A stretch of 64,000 nt of DNA from Gulosibacter massiliensis (GTDB taxonomy: Bacteria; Actinomycetota; Actinomycetes; Actinomycetales; Microbacteriaceae), in the NCBI GenBank assembly GCA_945949175.1, contig CAMFDU010000001.1:10500-74499 (forward strand), in the 5' to 3' direction. The notes beneath the pieces are model-generated. The model was not told the origin of the DNA and did no database searches. It was given only the letters and a program-made list of their open reading frames with translations. The translations under genes and the position numbers were made by a program. Shown in pieces: positions 60,097-64,000 of this stretch (within the stretch, counting starts at the first letter, position 1; each line of letters starts with the position of its first letter).

Positions 60097-60170
60097 TGCC
60101 CCAACAGGGATTCGAACCCTGACTGTAACGATTTTAAGTCGTTTGCCTCTGCCGGTTGGGCTATTGGGGC
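60097..60170 (-). tRNA. Atypical tRNA: anticodon UAA (Leu/UUA) with a class-I-length variable loop
   Basis: Minus strand GCCCCAATAGCCCAACCGGCAGAGGCAAACGACTTAAAATCGTTACAGTCAGGGTTCGAATCCCTGTTGGGGCA. 7-bp acceptor stem, anticodon stem AACGA/TCGTT with loop CTTAAAA, 5-nt variable loop ACAGT, T arm CAGGG-TTCGAAT-CCCTG, discriminator A. CCA is not encoded. Confidence 0.7.
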
Positions 60171-60177
60171 GACGCCC

Positions 60178-61500
60178 TTACTTGCTCGGGCGTGATGCGT
60201 ATGCCCGGAAATAGGACTTCGGAGTTTCGCGTAACGTGAGGGTCGTGGTGTCGCGCCCCACCAGGAACTGCATAATCCAGCCGCCGACGACACGGAACTT
60301 GCGTTCCCACATTGGCATCGCGAGCCCGTGATATCCGCGGTGCATGAGCCACGCGGGGAAACCTGTGACCGCGATTTTCCCCGACTGAAAAACTCCGTGT
60401 CCGACGCCCAAACCGGCGACCGCACCGAGGTTCTTGTGGATGTAGTCGACCGGCAGTTCGCCTCGGAGCACGGCAACCAGGTTTTTCGCGAGTAACTTCG
60501 CCTGCCGAACCGCGTGCTGTGCGTTCGGAACACACATTCCGCCAACACCACCACCCGTGAGGTCAGGAACGGCGGAGTTGTCTCCTGCGGCCCACGCACC
60601 CGCGACGATGGAACCATCAGCGTTCGTCACCTGCAGCGTTGCCGACGATCGGACACGACCGCGCTCTTCGACCGGCAGGCCCATGGAGTTGACAACGGGA
60701 TTTGCCATAACGCCGGCGGTCCAGACGATAAGGTCCGACTCAAATTTCATTCCGTTCGACAACTCGACCTTGCCGCCCTTGGCCGACATAAGTTGAGTGT
60801 CGAGGTGAACGGTGGCTTGACGTGACGCGAGGTTTCTGAGAACCCACTGCGAGGTCTTCATCGATACCTCGGGCATGACGCGAGGCATCGCTTCGACCAT
60901 GTGGAACTTTGTGTCATCGATGGTGAGTTCGGGGTACTGCTTGAGCATTGCCGAGGCAAGGGAACGGAGCTCGGCGAACGTTTCGATTCCGGCGAATCCA
61001 CCGCCGATTACGGTCACCGTAAGTAGACGGTCGCGCTCTTTACCCTTGGGCAGATTTGCGGCTTTAGCAAAGTTGTCAATGATTCGGTCGCGAACAGCGA
61101 GTGCTTCTTCGATGGACTTCATGCCGAACGCTTCTTCCGCAACTCCGGGAATCGGAAAGGTTCGTGAAACAGATCCGGCCGCCACCACGATGTGGTCGTA
61201 TTTGACGGTGTAGCTCTTGCCAGCCGATGGTTCGATGGTCGCCGTCTTTTTGGCGTGATTAACCGATACGACTCTGCCCTGTACCACGTGGGTTTTTTTC
61301 AGGTGACGGCGTAGCGGCACGATGACGTGGCGGGCTTCAATCAAGCCGGCTGCGACTTCGGGCAGGAACGGGTGGTAGGTCATGTACGGAAGCGGGTCGA
61401 CCAGTGTGACCTCGGCTTCGCCAGCGCGCAAGTGCTTCTGCAACTTAAAAGCGGTGTAAAAACCGGTATACCCGCCACCGACGATAAGAATTTTGGCCAC
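60178..61500 (-). CDS. ndh: Type II NADH:quinone oxidoreductase (NDH-2)
   Basis: KILIVGGGYTGFY (first dinucleotide fold) and ..VTVIGGGFAGIE.. (second). 440 aa. GTG start is preceded by AGGAG. Confidence 0.92.
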   Translation of the reverse strand: MAKILIVGGGYTGFYTAFKLQKHLRAGEAEVTLVDPLPYMTYHPFLPEVAAGLIEARHVIVPLRRHLKKTHVVQGRVVSVNHAKKTATIEPSAGKSYTVKYDHIVVAAGSVSRTFPIPGVAEEAFGMKSIEEALAVRDRIIDNFAKAANLPKGKERDRLLTVTVIGGGFAGIETFAELRSLASAMLKQYPELTIDDTKFHMVEAMPRVMPEVSMKTSQWVLRNLASRQATVHLDTQLMSAKGGKVELSNGMKFESDLIVWTAGVMANPVVNSMGLPVEERGRVRSSATLQVTNADGSIVAGAWAAGDNSAVPDLTGGGVGGMCVPNAQHAVRQAKLLAKNLVAVLRGELPVDYIHKNLGAVAGLGVGHGVFQSGKIAVTGFPAWLMHRGYHGLAMPMWERKFRVVGGWIMQFLVGRDTTTLTLRETPKSYFRAYASRPSK

Positions 61501-61540
61501 GACAATTACTCCTGAAATTTATGAGGTCAACTGCTCAAAT

Positions 61541-62044
61541 CTAGCGCGTTTCGGGCGCACACACGCACCGTTTGGGTGACCACGTGGCGGCGTCGAGCGC
61601 CGCATCCCCCACGAGGTTGACACCAGGACCAACCGCAAGACTGTGGGCAGCGAGCGCATGGAGACATTTCACTCGGGATGGCATACCGCCCGCGCTGATT
61701 CCGTCAAGTTCGTCGACTCGTCCGTGTGCGTCGCGGTCGGCGATGTACGCGTGGTGAGCGGCGATGTACGCCGCGGCGAACTCGGGGTCATTCGCTAGTT
61801 TGCCTTGTTCGGCCGCCATGAAGCCGTTCGCCTCGAGAGTTGACAATGCCGCGGTCGCGCCCGGGTGCGTCAAATAGTAAAAAGTAGGAAACGGTGAGCC
61901 GTCCGCCAGTCGCGGTTTCGTCGCGACAACGGTAGGAGCGCCACACACGCATCGCGCCGCGACCCCGACGACATCGCGCATCGGCCTTCCCAGTTGAATC
62001 TTCATGACCTCAAGGTCGCGCTCGCTTGCCGCATCGATAGTCAC
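61541..62044 (-). CDS. DUF501 domain protein
   Basis: ..CVCGAPTVVATKPRLADGSPFPTFYYLTHP... is typical of DUF501. It follows the ftsB-like gene downstream of eno, as in other actinobacteria. Confidence 0.85.
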   Translation of the reverse strand: MTIDAASERDLEVMKIQLGRPMRDVVGVAARCVCGAPTVVATKPRLADGSPFPTFYYLTHPGATAALSTLEANGFMAAEQGKLANDPEFAAAYIAAHHAYIADRDAHGRVDELDGISAGGMPSRVKCLHALAAHSLAVGPGVNLVGDAALDAATWSPKRCVCAPETR

Positions 62045-62526
62045 TTAGATTTCCGTTCCGGGTTGGCCGCAAAGGCATACGACTGAACGAACGCGTCGAC
62101 CCAGTCGATATCGGTGGTTTGAACGGTTCCCAGTACTTCGTCCGTCTTTGCAGGTTTCGCGTCAACATCGTTGACGACAAGATACGAAATGTCGCCCGGG
62201 TAAACGAACATAAGCCGTTCTCTCGCTTGCGCCTCGACATAGGCGCGATCGGTCCATCGCATCATGTCCGCTTGTGCTTCGGCGAGGGTCGCTCGTGCAG
62301 CCGCTACCTCACGGTCGAGTTCGGCGATCTTCGCTTGTTGTTCGAACCAAATCTGGACTGGTTGCCACAGGTTGACAACGGCGACAATTGCGATGATGAT
62401 CCCGACAATGACCGAGCCACTTCGTTGTAGTTCGCGGTCGATAAAGTCGTCGAGGCTCTGGCGCACGCCGTTCCGAGCCCGACCAGACAGTCGGGTGGAA
62501 CGTTCGGGGCGCCGCGGTTGCCTCAT
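62041..62526 (-). CDS. Septum formation initiator family protein (FtsB/DivIC-like)
   Basis: Single TM helix (VIVGIIIAIVAVVNL) followed by a coiled coil (..QQAKIAELDREVAAARATLAEAQADMMRW..). Confidence 0.85.
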   Translation of the reverse strand: MRQPRRPERSTRLSGRARNGVRQSLDDFIDRELQRSGSVIVGIIIAIVAVVNLWQPVQIWFEQQAKIAELDREVAAARATLAEAQADMMRWTDRAYVEAQARERLMFVYPGDISYLVVNDVDAKPAKTDEVLGTVQTTDIDWVDAFVQSYAFAANPERKSK

Positions 62527-62568
62527 TCTTCAAGGGTAACGCGAGCGTCCCCTCAACCTCGTGAACGA

Positions 62569-63888
<1,320 letters not shown>

Positions 63889-64000
63889 TTAGTCGATGGT
63901 CTTCCATTCCAGGGGCTCGCCTGGATTGAGGAAGGCGTATCGACGGAATCCGTCTTTTTCGAGTTGCTCGAGAATCGCGCGAGTGTTTTTGGTCTTGTGA
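63889..64000 (-). CDS. C-terminal end of an unidentified CDS that runs off the right edge
   Basis: Minus-strand frame reads ...HKTKNTRAILEQLEKDGFRRYAFLNPGEPLEWKTID* with genome-typical codon usage; stop TAA at 63889-63891. Family not recognised. Confidence 0.4.
   Translation of the reverse strand, partial: HKTKNTRAILEQLEKDGFRRYAFLNPGEPLEWKTID

Overview
Moderately high-GC, gene-dense chromosomal segment. Gene content and synteny point to an actinobacterium, probably Microbacteriaceae-like (inference). Examples are leuCD, gltX followed by tRNA-Gln and tRNA-Glu, ispH-xseAB, glpX/fumC, and greA with DUF4307 and a Z-prenyl transferase. About 70 CDS are packed tightly, with many ATGA/GTGA start-stop overlaps. 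Most are housekeeping: murA, leuCD, gltX, typA, gcvTHP behind a tandem glycine riboswitch, ychF, fba, glpX, ispH, xseAB, fumC, greA, ilvA, ndh and eno. Accessory content includes a peptide ABC operon, a partial myo-inositol (iol) catabolic cluster with its own sugar ABC transporter and a GntR/HutC regulator, a hicAB toxin-antitoxin pair, lemA-htpX and a PIN-PhoH2 gene. There are three tRNA genes. I saw no IS elements, integrases, CRISPR arrays, rRNA or obvious defence islands, and I cannot honestly point to a clear novel multi-gene system. The items most worth a second look are: (1) a tRNA with a UAA (Leu) anticodon but a class-I-length variable loop, next to hicAB; (2) a PH-domain membrane-protein gene lying antisense between the permease and ATPase genes of the peptide ABC operon, mirrored in phase by a Cys-rich ORF with ATGA junctions at both ends; (3) a DppB/OppB-type permease with a roughly 200-aa multi-TM insertion; (4) a recurring TTGT-N4-ACAA palindrome at the iol promoters; (5) five convergent gene pairs that overlap by exactly 4 nt (YTAR). 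All calls come from reading the sequence and ORF translations and from recalled family signatures. No database search was run.
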